Shown here in pieces: positions 55,814 to 64,000 of a stretch of DNA of 64,000 bases; within the stretch, counting starts at the first letter, position 1, and each line of letters starts with the position of its first letter. The DNA is from Candidatus Marinacidobacterium sp. (GTDB taxonomy: Bacteria; Acidobacteriota; Vicinamibacteria; Marinacidobacterales; Marinacidobacteraceae): positions 2,528,001 through 2,592,000 of the forward strand of contig OZ242011.1 of NCBI GenBank assembly GCA_965204755.1. Direction: 5' to 3'. The position numbers and the translations under genes were made by a program. The notes beneath the pieces were generated by a model. The model did no database searches and was not told the DNA's origin. It saw nothing but the letters and a program-made list of their open reading frames with translations.

Positions 55814-58477
55814 ATGTCCATCCAGTTGACCGTACGGGCCCGGCGGGCGCTCGAGCGCGCCGGCGAACTCGCCGGGGAGGGGCGGCACGCGCAGGTCGCG
55901 CCGCTCCACCTGCTCGCGGCGCTCCTCGAGGACGACGCGTCCTCCGCGCCCGCCGCCCCGGCGGGGCAACGCCCGGTCGAGGGACTCGTCCCGCGCCTCC
56001 TCCGCCGCCTGTCGGTCGAACCGGCGGCGGCGCTCGCCCGCGTCCGCCGCAAACTCGGCGAACTCCCGGTCCGCGGCGGCGGCGGCCCCGACGAACCCGC
56101 GCCATCGCGGGAACTCGGCGCCGACCTCCGCCGGGCGGCGAAGGAAGCGGCCCGGCTCGGCGACGAGTATGTGAGCGTCGAGCACCTCCTCCTCGCCCTG
56201 ACCGACCGGCGCTCCGCCGCGGCGCCGCTCCTCCGCGAGGGCGGCGTGGAGCGCGAACCCCTCGAAGCCGCCGTCCGGGAGACCCGCGGCGCCTCCCGCG
56301 TCACCACCCCCGACCCGGAGGCCGCCCTCGCCCCGCTGGAGCGCTACTGCCGCGACCTCACCGCGCTGGCCGCCGAAGACCGGCTCGACCCGGTCATCGG
56401 GCGCGACGACGAGATCCGGCGCGTCATCCAGATCCTCTCCCGCCGCGCCAAGAACAACCCGGTGCTCCTGGGCGAGCCGGGGGTCGGCAAGACCGCGGTC
56501 GCCGAAGGGCTGGCCGTCCGCATCGTGAAGGGCGATGTGCCCGAAGGGCTCCGCGAGCACCGGGTGGCGGCGCTCGACCTCGGGGCGCTGGTGGCCGGCG
56601 CGAAGTTCCGGGGTGAGTTCGAGGAGCGGCTGAAGGCGGTGCTCTCCGCCGTCACCGACTCCGGCGGCAAGATCGTCCTGTTCATAGACGAACTCCACAC
56701 CGTGGTCGGCGCCGGGGCGACCGCCGGGCCGATGGACGCCTCGAACCTGCTCAAGCCGGCGCTCGCGCGGGGCGAACTCCACTGCATCGGCGCGACCACG
56801 CTCGACGAGTACCGCCGCCACATCGAGAAGGACGCGGCGCTGGAGCGGCGGTTCCAGACCGTCCTGATCGAGGAGCCGAGCCGCGAAGCGACGGTGACCA
56901 TCCTCCGGGGGCTGAAGGAGCGCTACGAGGTGCACCACGGCGTCCGCATCCGGGACGCGGCGCTGCTGGCCGCCGCCGCGCTCTCGGACCGCTACATCTC
57001 CGGGCGGTTCCTGCCGGACAAGGCCATCGACCTGGTGGACGAGGCCGCCGCCCGGCTGCGCACCGAGATGGACAGCGTCCCCACCGAACTCGACGAGGTG
57101 GAGCGGGAGTTGCTGTCGCTCCGCATCGAGCGCGAGGCGCTCAGGAAGGACGAGGACGCCGCCTCGGTGGCGCGGCGCACGGAACTGGCGGGCCGCGTCG
57201 CCGCGCGCGAGGAGGCCGCCCGGACGCTCCGCGCCCGGTGGCGGGAGGAGAAGGAGCGGTTGGCCGCCGTCCGCGGGCTGCGCGAGCGGATCGAGGAGAC
57301 CGACCGGCAGATCGAGCGCGCCGAGCGCGAGGCGGACCTGGAGCGCGCCGCCGAACTGCGGTTCGGGACGGCGCCGGCGCTCCGGGAGGAACTGGCGGCG
57401 GCGGAGGCGCGGCTGGCGGCGAACGGGAAGTCCGACGGGGAGACGAAGTTGCTCCGCGAGGAAGTGGACGACTCCGATGTGGCCTCGGTGGTCTCCCGGT
57501 GGACCGGGATCCCGGTGGAGCGGCTGCTCGAAGCGGAGCGGACGAAGTTGCTCCGGCTGCCGGAGTTGCTCCACCGGCGGGTGGTCGGACAGGAGGAAGG
57601 CGTCCGGGCGGTCGCCGACGCGGTGCTCCGCGCCCGGGCCGGGGTCGGGGACCCGGACCGGCCGCTGGGGACCTTCCTGTTCGCCGGGCCGACCGGGGTG
57701 GGGAAGACGGAACTGGCGCGCGCCCTCGCCGCCGAACTCTTCGACGACGAGAAGGCGATGGTGCGGCTGGACATGAGCGAGTACGGCGAGAAGTTCGCGG
57801 TGTCGCGGCTGGTCGGCGCCCCGCCGGGGTATGTGGGCTTCGAGGACGGCGGGCAGTTGACGGAGGCGGTGCGGCGGCGTCCGTTCTCGGTGGTGCTGTT
57901 CGACGAGATCGAGAAGGCGCACCCGGAGGTGCACACCGTCCTGCTGCAGGTGCTCGACGACGGGCGGCTGACGGACTCGCAGGGGCGGGTGGTGGACTTC
58001 CGCAACGCGCTGCTGATCCTGACCTCGAATGTGGGGAGCGCGGAGATCCTGTCGCTCGCGGAGCGGGGGGCGGGGTACGCGGAGATCCGGCGGCGGGTGA
58101 TCGCGGAGTTGCGGCGGGCGTTCCGTCCGGAGTTCCTGAACCGGGTGGACGAGACGGTGGTGTTCGAGAGCCTGTCGCGGGAGCAGGTGGCGGAGATCGT
58201 GGGGCTGCAGTTGGAGCGGCTGCGGACTCGGTTGGCCGAGCAGGGGATCGGGATGGGCGTCTCCCCGGAGGCCCGGCGCGCGCTGGCGGCGGCGAGTTAC
58301 GAGCCGGCCTTCGGGGCGCGTCCGGTGCGGCGGACGATCCAGCGGCTGGTGGAGACGCCGGCGGCCCGGCTGATCCTCGCCGGGGAGTTGGAGGCGCCGG
58401 GGACGCTGTCGGTCGTTGTCGGGGAGGGCGGCGGGGTGGCCCTTCGGGCGCTGCCCGCCGCGGAAGTCGCCGCCTGA
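55814..58477 (+). CDS. clpB: ATP-dependent chaperone ClpB
   Basis: [39 protein letters not shown], long coiled-coil middle domain, [26 protein letters not shown]. Confidence 0.95.
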   Translation: MSIQLTVRARRALERAGELAGEGRHAQVAPLHLLAALLEDDASSAPAAPAGQRPVEGLVPRLLRRLSVEPAAALARVRRKLGELPVRGGGGPDEPAPSRELGADLRRAAKEAARLGDEYVSVEHLLLALTDRRSAAAPLLREGGVEREPLEAAVRETRGASRVTTPDPEAALAPLERYCRDLTALAAEDRLDPVIGRDDEIRRVIQILSRRAKNNPVLLGEPGVGKTAVAEGLAVRIVKGDVPEGLREHRVAALDLGALVAGAKFRGEFEERLKAVLSAVTDSGGKIVLFIDELHTVVGAGATAGPMDASNLLKPALARGELHCIGATTLDEYRRHIEKDAALERRFQTVLIEEPSREATVTILRGLKERYEVHHGVRIRDAALLAAAALSDRYISGRFLPDKAIDLVDEAAARLRTEMDSVPTELDEVERELLSLRIEREALRKDEDAASVARRTELAGRVAAREEAARTLRARWREEKERLAAVRGLRERIEETDRQIERAEREADLERAAELRFGTAPALREELAAAEARLAANGKSDGETKLLREEVDDSDVASVVSRWTGIPVERLLEAERTKLLRLPELLHRRVVGQEEGVRAVADAVLRARAGVGDPDRPLGTFLFAGPTGVGKTELARALAAELFDDEKAMVRLDMSEYGEKFAVSRLVGAPPGYVGFEDGGQLTEAVRRRPFSVVLFDEIEKAHPEVHTVLLQVLDDGRLTDSQGRVVDFRNALLILTSNVGSAEILSLAERGAGYAEIRRRVIAELRRAFRPEFLNRVDETVVFESLSREQVAEIVGLQLERLRTRLAEQGIGMGVSPEARRALAAASYEPAFGARPVRRTIQRLVETPAARLILAGELEAPGTLSVVVGEGGGVALRALPAAEVAA

Positions 58478-58495
58478 GCGGGCGGGCGCCGGGGC

Positions 58496-59665
58496 TCAGC
58501 GGGCGGCGAGTTCCTCGGCGAAGGCGCGGAGGCCGATGACTTCGACGCCGTCGCGCAGCGGGTAGCGGTCGTCCCCGGGATAGACGACGAAGGTCCGCTC
58601 GGGGCGGAGCGCGGCGCGGGCCTCGTGGAAGCCGCGGGAGACGGTCGGGGCGAGACCCAACTTCGCCTCGACCGCCCAGCGCCCGCCGCCGGGGAAGTCG
58701 AGCGCCAGGTCCATCTCCGCGCCGGCCGCGGTGCGGAAGAAACTCGCTTCGGTCCGCTCCGGGGCGGCGGCGATGGCGTTCTCGATGACGAAGCCCTCCC
58801 AACTCGCCCCGGCGACGGGATGCCCGGCGAGTTCGTCCCATGTCTCCGGGCCGAGGAGGGCGTGGACGAGGCCGCTGTCGCGCAAGTACACCTTCGGCGA
58901 CTTGACCAGGCGGCGGCCGATGTTCGCGGTGAGCGGCGGCAGCCGCCGGAGGAACATCAGGTCGGAGAGCAACTCCAGGCAGCGGTTCGTCGTCCGCGCC
59001 GCGATGCCGAGCGCCGCGGCCAGGCGGGAGGAGTTCAGCAGCCCGCCCTGGGAGTGGGCGAGCATCGTCCAGAGCCGGGCCACCACGCCCGGAGCGGCGC
59101 GGGGCGCGAACCAGGCGATGTCCCGGGCGACGATCGTCCGCAGGAAGTCGTTCCGGACTTTCCGGCTGCGGGCGTCGCCCTCGGCGCGGTAACTCTCCGG
59201 GAACCCGCCGCGCAGCCAGAGCCGCCGCCGCGCCGCCGGATCGTCCTCGATTTCCAGCGCGTCGAGCGGGCCGAGTTCCACTTCGGCGACCCTCCCGGCG
59301 AGGCTCTCCCCGGCGCGGGCCAGCAGGTCGAGCGACGCCGAGCCGAGCAGCAGGAACCGCCCGGCGCGCGCGCCCCGCCGCCGCCCCCGGTCGATCAGGC
59401 CGCGCAGGACCCGCAGGATCTCCGGCGTCCGGTGGATCTCGTCGAGGACGACCAGCCGGTTTTCGAGGGGCTCGAGGAAGAGGTTCGGATCGCGCAGTTT
59501 CGCCAGGTCCGCCGCGTCTTCGAGGTCGAGGTAGAGCCCGCCCTTCGCCTCGGCGACGGCGAGCGCCAGGGTGGTCTTTCCCGCTTGCCGGGGGCCGAGG
59601 AGGAATACGGCCGGCTGTCGGTCGAGGGCTTCGACGACGGTCGCGAAGGTGCGGCGGGGAATCAT
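58496..59665 (-). CDS. AAA_14 ATP-binding protein with DUF4143 domain
   Basis: LLGPRQAGKTTLA, LDEIH, FLLLGSAS, ESLAGR, LRGGFP, KSPKVYLRDSGL, EMDL; start at ATG 59665, not the track start at 61390. Confidence 0.92.
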   Translation of the reverse strand: MIPRRTFATVVEALDRQPAVFLLGPRQAGKTTLALAVAEAKGGLYLDLEDAADLAKLRDPNLFLEPLENRLVVLDEIHRTPEILRVLRGLIDRGRRRGARAGRFLLLGSASLDLLARAGESLAGRVAEVELGPLDALEIEDDPAARRRLWLRGGFPESYRAEGDARSRKVRNDFLRTIVARDIAWFAPRAAPGVVARLWTMLAHSQGGLLNSSRLAAALGIAARTTNRCLELLSDLMFLRRLPPLTANIGRRLVKSPKVYLRDSGLVHALLGPETWDELAGHPVAGASWEGFVIENAIAAAPERTEASFFRTAAGAEMDLALDFPGGGRWAVEAKLGLAPTVSRGFHEARAALRPERTFVVYPGDDRYPLRDGVEVIGLRAFAEELAAR

Positions 59666-59781
59666 CGTCCTTGTATTTTCGGTACTTGGATGTCGGATAT
59701 TCAAGGATGTCGTGTTCGCATCCGGCGCCGGCGCGGTCTCGAAGGGGCCTTCGAGCGCGAAGGGACTCGATCCGCATCCGG

Positions 59782-59835
59782 TGTCAACCGGCGCCGAAAA
59801 TGTCCCACTTTTAAGCAACGAAAACGCCCCACCTT
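59782..59835. mobile_element. Isolated IS21-family-like terminal repeat (remnant)
   Basis: TGTCAACCGGCGCCGAAAATGTCCCACTT with a second internal box CGAAAACGCCCCACCTT; no istA/istB in the window. Confidence 0.65.
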
Positions 59836-59849
59836 GGGGAGTGGATGCG

Positions 59850-61890
59850 GTCGGTGGGTGAGGGGGTCGATCCGCGGCATCGAGCCGGTGAAGGGGCTCG
59901 ATCCGGGCGTCCTGCGGGTGCGAAGGGGGTCGATCCGCGTCGTGAGTCGGAAAGGGGGTCGATCCGCCGGTCGGCGGGTGAAGGGGTCGATCCGCGATGT
60001 CGAGCCGGTGAAGGGGCTCGATCCAGGTGTTCTGCGGGTGCGAAGGGGGTCGATCCGCGTCGTGAGTCGGGTAGGGGGTCGATCCGCCGGCCGGTGGGAC
60101 AAGGGGCTCGATCCGCGATATCGAGCCGGTGAAGGGGCTCGATCCGGGCGTCCTGCGGGTGCGAAGGGGGTCGATCCGTGTCGTGAATCGGATAGGGGGT
60201 CGATCCGCCGGTCGGTGGGTGAAGGGGCTCGATCCGCGATGTCGGGCCGGTGAAGGGGCTCGATCCGAGTGTCCTGCGGGTGCGAAGGGGGTCGATCCGC
60301 GTCGTGAGTCGGGTAGGGGGTCGATCCGTCGGTTGGCGGGTGAAGGGGTCGATCCGCGATATCGAGCCGGTGAAGGGGCTCGATCCGGGCGTCCTGCGGG
60401 TGCGAAGGGGGTCGATCCGTGTCGTGAGTCGGGTAGGGGGTCGATCCGCCGGTCGGTGGGTGAAGGGGGTCGATCCGCGATATCGAGCCGGTGAAGGGGC
60501 TCGATCCGGGCGTCCTGCGGGTGCGAAGGGGCTCGATCCGCGTCGTGAATCGGATAGGGGGTCGATCCGCCGGTCGGTGGGTGAAGGGGCTCGATCCGCG
60601 ATGTCGGGCCGGTGAAGGGGCTCGATCCGGGTGTCCTGCGGGTGCGAAGGGGGTCGATCCGCGTCGTGAGTCGGGTAGGGGGTCGATCCGCCGGTCGGTG
60701 GGTGAAGGGGCTCGATCCGCGATATCGAGCCGGTGAAGGGGCTCGATCCGGGCGTTCTGCGGGTGCGAAGGGGGTCGATCCGCGCCGTGAGTCGGGTAGG
60801 GGGTCGATCCGTCGGTTGGCGGGTGAAGGGGTCGATCCGCGATATCGAGCCGGTGAAGGGGCTCGATCCGGGCGTCCTGCGGGTGCGAAGGGGGTCGATC
60901 CGCGCCGTGAGTCGGGTAGGGGTCGATCCGTCGGTTGGCGGGTGAAGGGGTCGATCCGCGCCGTGAGTCGAGTAGGGGGTCGATCCGTCGGTTGGCGGGT
61001 GAAGGGGTCGATCCGCGCCGTGAGTCGAGTAGGGGGTCGATCCGCCGGTTGGCGGGTGAAGGGGTCGATCCGCGACATCGAGCCAGCGAAGGGGCTCGAT
61101 CCGGGTGTCCTGCGGGTACGAAGGGGGTCGATCCGCGTCGTGAGTCGGGTAGGGGGTCGATCCGCCGGTCGGCGGGCGAAGGGGCTCGATCCGGGCGTCC
61201 GGCGGGTGCGAAGGGGGTCGATCCGCGCCGTGAGTCGGGTAGGGGGTCGATCCGTCGGTTGGCGGGTGAAGGGCTCGATCCGCGACATCGGGCGGGCGAA
61301 GGGGCTCGATCCGGGCGTCCGGCGGGTGCGAAGGGGGTCGATCCGCGTCGTGAGTCGGGTAGGGGGTCGATCCGCCGGTCGGTGGGACAAGGGGGTCGAT
61401 CCGCGATATCGAGCCGGTGCAGGGGCTCGATCCGCGGGTCCTGCGGGTGCGAAGGGGGTCGATCCGTGTCGTGAATCGGATAGGGAGTCGATCCGCCGGT
61501 CGGTGGGTGAAGGGGTCGATCCGAGAGATGGGGCCGGTGCAGGGGCTCGATCCGGGCGTCCTGCGGGTGCGAAGGGGGTCGATCCGCGTCGTGAGTCGGA
61601 TAGGGGGTCGATCCGCCGGTCGGTAGGTGAAGGGGGTCGATCCGCGAGATAGGGCCGGTGCAGGGGCTCGATCCGGGCGTCTTGCGGGTGCGAGGGGGCT
61701 CGATCCGCGCCGTGAGTCGGCTGGGGGTCGATCCGCCGGTGGTAGGTGAAGGGGGTCGATCCGCGAGATGGGGCCGGTGAAGGGGCTCGATCCGGCTGTC
61801 TTGCGGGTGCGAAGGGGGTCGATCCGCGCCGTGAGTCGGGTAGGGGGCTCGATCCGCCGGGTGGCGGGTGCGAAGGGGGTCGATCCGTTC
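59850..61890. repeat. Higher-order tandem array: ~16 units of 120-121 bp, each of four ~30-bp subunits sharing the core AGGGG(G/C)TCGATCCG
   Basis: About 68 cores by manual count; core-to-core spacing 31/32/29/28-29 bp; four recurring spacer types. Confidence 0.95.
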
Positions 61891-61967
61891 GAGCGGAGGC
61901 CGGAGGGAGTTCGCGATCCCTCGCGCCGGGTGGCCGGGAGGCCGGTAGCGGGCGCGACCGGGGGCGG

Positions 61968-63251
61968 CTACCGGGGAGATTCCGGCGCGGCGCGATAGGC
62001 CTGCTCGACTCCGCGGGCGCCGACCGGGTGGCGGCGTTCGAGGAGTCCTTCTTCGGCCATGGGCCGGAGGTGGCGCTTCCGCAGGTTGCGCTCGTTCATC
62101 CCCAGTTGGGAGGCGAGTTCGGCGCGGGTGGTCCAGCGCCCCTCGCAGAGTCGCACGATCACCGCGCGAAGGGCGGTCTTGCGGGGCCGTTTGCCGAGGG
62201 CGGCGACGGCGGCGCGAAGGTCGTCCGGCAGTCGGGTCGGCGGTTCGGGAGCCGGGTCGGTCGGCTCGGGGCGGTCGGGGGAGTCGCGGCGGGGGGCGGG
62301 GGCGGGGGTGGTTTCGGTTGGCTCGGGCGGCTCGGGTTCGGGCGTGGCGGCGTCGGCGTCCGGGGGGGTCGCGACGGGCGGGGCGCGGGGCGGGGGTTCC
62401 GGGCTCGGCGCGGCGGTTTCCGCTCGGTCGTCCGGCGACTCCTCCGGTCGGCGGGTTCGGGGGCGGGCGGTTCGGGGGCGGGCGGTTCGGGGGCGGTCGT
62501 AAGGCGGGGGCGCCGCGCCGGCCGGCTCGGTGGACGGGGGAGGGGACGCGGGCGGCGGTTCCGGCGGCGGCTCGGGGGTCGGTGTCCCGACCGCGCCTTC
62601 GGCGGAAGGCGGCTCGGCGCGTCGGGTCGGGGGTTTCGCGGGAGTCCGCTTCCGGGGCGGGGCGACCGCGCGGGTGTCCGGCGCCGGCGGGGCAACCTCC
62701 TTCGGCGCCGGCGCGCGGGCGGGGGGGTCGGGCGGCGGCGCCTCGATGACCGGCTTCGGTCCCTCCGGGGCTTCGCCGGTGACGGCTTCGTGGAGTTCGC
62801 CGAGGGCGACGCCCACCCCGGCGGCGTCCCGCGCGGTGTCCGCCCAGCGGGCGCCGCCCTCGCGCATCTGCTTGCCGGCGGCGGCCAGTTGCCCGCCGAC
62901 TCGGCCCAGGCGGCCGCCGGATTCGCTCCACTTCCGCCCCACCCGGTCGAAGCGGTTTCCCATCTTGCCGACGCCCTGCGCGACCTTCGCGGCGGCGTTC
63001 GCGATCCGGGCGCCCCGGTAGGCCGACCGGCCCGCCACCCGCAGCCCCCGGCCGAGGTGGATGCCGATCCAGCGCGCCCAGAGCCAGGCGAACCGCGCCG
63101 CCGCGATGGGCTTGGCGAGCCACTGCCGCAGCCGGTCGAGCCCCGGCGGCTCGTCCGGGGAACGGAGGACGACGCCGGACTCCGCCGGCTCGGGGGACTC
63201 CGCCGGTTCGCGGTCGGGGCCGGGGGAGCGGGGGACGGTTCCGGACTCCAT
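61968..63251 (-). CDS. Proline-rich protein with C-terminal winged-helix domain (Fic-like C-terminal wHTH type)
   Basis: C-terminus LRAVIVRLCEGRWTTRAELASQLGMNERNLRKRHLRPMAEEGLLERRHP...QAY; long P/E/A linker; start uncertain (63251 or 63332). Confidence 0.7.
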   Translation of the reverse strand: MESGTVPRSPGPDREPAESPEPAESGVVLRSPDEPPGLDRLRQWLAKPIAAARFAWLWARWIGIHLGRGLRVAGRSAYRGARIANAAAKVAQGVGKMGNRFDRVGRKWSESGGRLGRVGGQLAAAGKQMREGGARWADTARDAAGVGVALGELHEAVTGEAPEGPKPVIEAPPPDPPARAPAPKEVAPPAPDTRAVAPPRKRTPAKPPTRRAEPPSAEGAVGTPTPEPPPEPPPASPPPSTEPAGAAPPPYDRPRTARPRTARPRTRRPEESPDDRAETAAPSPEPPPRAPPVATPPDADAATPEPEPPEPTETTPAPAPRRDSPDRPEPTDPAPEPPTRLPDDLRAAVAALGKRPRKTALRAVIVRLCEGRWTTRAELASQLGMNERNLRKRHLRPMAEEGLLERRHPVGARGVEQAYRAAPESPR

Positions 63252-63324
63252 CGGTGCGGGGGCTCTGCCTGCCGCCGAGACTATCCGACCCCGGCGGCGC
63301 CCGCCGGGGTACGGTTTCGGCCCG

Positions 63325-63696
63325 ATGCTCACCGCCCCGTTCTCTCGGCGGCCTCGGGCTGCCGGGCCGTACTTCTTCCTCGTGCTCGAGGAAGAGCACA
63401 GTTGCCGGAGCCGGCGGGAACTCCTGCCCGCCGTGCTCCGCGCGCTGGCGGCGCGGGATCCCGGTTTCCTCGAGCGGGCGGCGGCGCGACTCGGCGGCCG
63501 CGCGCGTCCCTACCTCGCCCGGGACCGCGGGGCCGTGATGCGCGGACGCCGGTGGCGGATTCCTCCCGCCCGACTTCCGGGAGGATGGTGGGTCCGCAGC
63601 CAGTTCAACCGCGAGAGTCTGGCGAGGATCCTCCCGCGAGTGGCCGAGGCCGCCGGACTGCGCTGGGGCGAAGACCTCATCGTCGACCTGGACTGA
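63325..63696 (+). CDS. Stand-alone SeqA C-terminal-domain-like protein (putative methyl-DNA binder)
   Basis: L..L...D..F...A...L.GR.R.Y.A.D...P..LPG.WWV..QFN resembles by eye E. coli SeqA-C (L.GRTRVYFAAD...P..VPGTPYWVITNTN). Confidence 0.6.
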   Translation: MLTAPFSRRPRAAGPYFFLVLEEEHSCRSRRELLPAVLRALAARDPGFLERAAARLGGRARPYLARDRGAVMRGRRWRIPPARLPGGWWVRSQFNRESLARILPRVAEAAGLRWGEDLIVDLD

Positions 63697-63709
63697 ACTC
63701 CCGCGCCGT

Positions 63710-64000
63710 TCAGCGGCCGGCGTTTCCTTCCAGGACCGGCAGCGCCTCCTCGCAACGGGCGATGGTCGGGCGGGCGTACGCCGCGCGAAGCGACAGCAGG
63801 TCCCGGTCTTCCGACACCAGGTAGTCGGCGTCCCCGTCGATCGCGCAGAGCAGGAACACCTCGTCGTCGGGGTCACTCGGCCGGGTCGGGGCCTCGGCGG
63901 AAACCAGCCGCACGCGCTCGAAAGCGGCGGAGAGGTAGGCGACCAACTCCTCGGCGCGCTCGATCGGGCTTCCCCGCGCCACCAACTTCCCCAGGTACTC
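63710..64000 (-). CDS. PIN-domain putative toxin (5' end outside the window)
   Basis: DPDDEVFLLCAIDGDADYLVSEDRDLLSL. Confidence 0.85.
   Translation of the reverse strand, partial: EYLGKLVARGSPIERAEELVAYLSAAFERVRLVSAEAPTRPSDPDDEVFLLCAIDGDADYLVSEDRDLLSLRAAYARPTIARCEEALPVLEGNAGR

Noticed and set aside
59850-61890. CRISPR array
   Set aside because: Core is only ~15 bp, spacers are ~15 bp and recur in fixed order, and no cas genes are present
59666-63876. Long minus-strand ORFs through the array (964 aa extension of the DUF4143 ATPase; 1391 aa)
   Set aside because: Subunit spacings are not multiples of three and units vary between 120 and 121 bp, so the peptide cycles through frames; they are open only because the repeat lacks stops

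Overview
Very GC-rich bacterial chromosomal segment. The gene content (small FTGWVADxxC secreted protein, FN3 lipoproteins, many accessory ATPases) suggests an Acidobacteriota-like, possibly host/sponge-associated lineage, but this is inference only. Housekeeping/metabolic genes: glutamine-synthetase-family protein, gcvT-gcvH-gcvP, nitrilase, amidohydrolase, PIG-L/LmbE deacetylase, TraB-family protein, Na+/solute symporter, PEP-synthase-like protein, gdhA, DUF502, leuB, queG, kbl, Rieske oxygenase and clpB. They are interleaved with accessory modules: three paralogous fibronectin-III lipoproteins, a small toxin-antitoxin-chaperone-like triad, two DUF3696-type ABC ATPases, a STAND-like ATPase pair behind a 15-bp-period palindrome array, a tandemly duplicated NYN + NACHT module with a conserved structured leader followed by a DNA methyltransferase, and an orphan IetA-like ATPase. 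The most striking element is a ~2-kb non-coding higher-order array at 59.85-61.89 kb: about 68 copies of a GATC-containing core spaced 28-32 bp, with four recurring hairpin-forming spacers. It is bordered by a lone IS21-like end, and lies next to a winged-helix protein and a stand-alone protein resembling the SeqA methyl-GATC-binding domain. All family assignments come from motif recognition by eye; no database searches were run.
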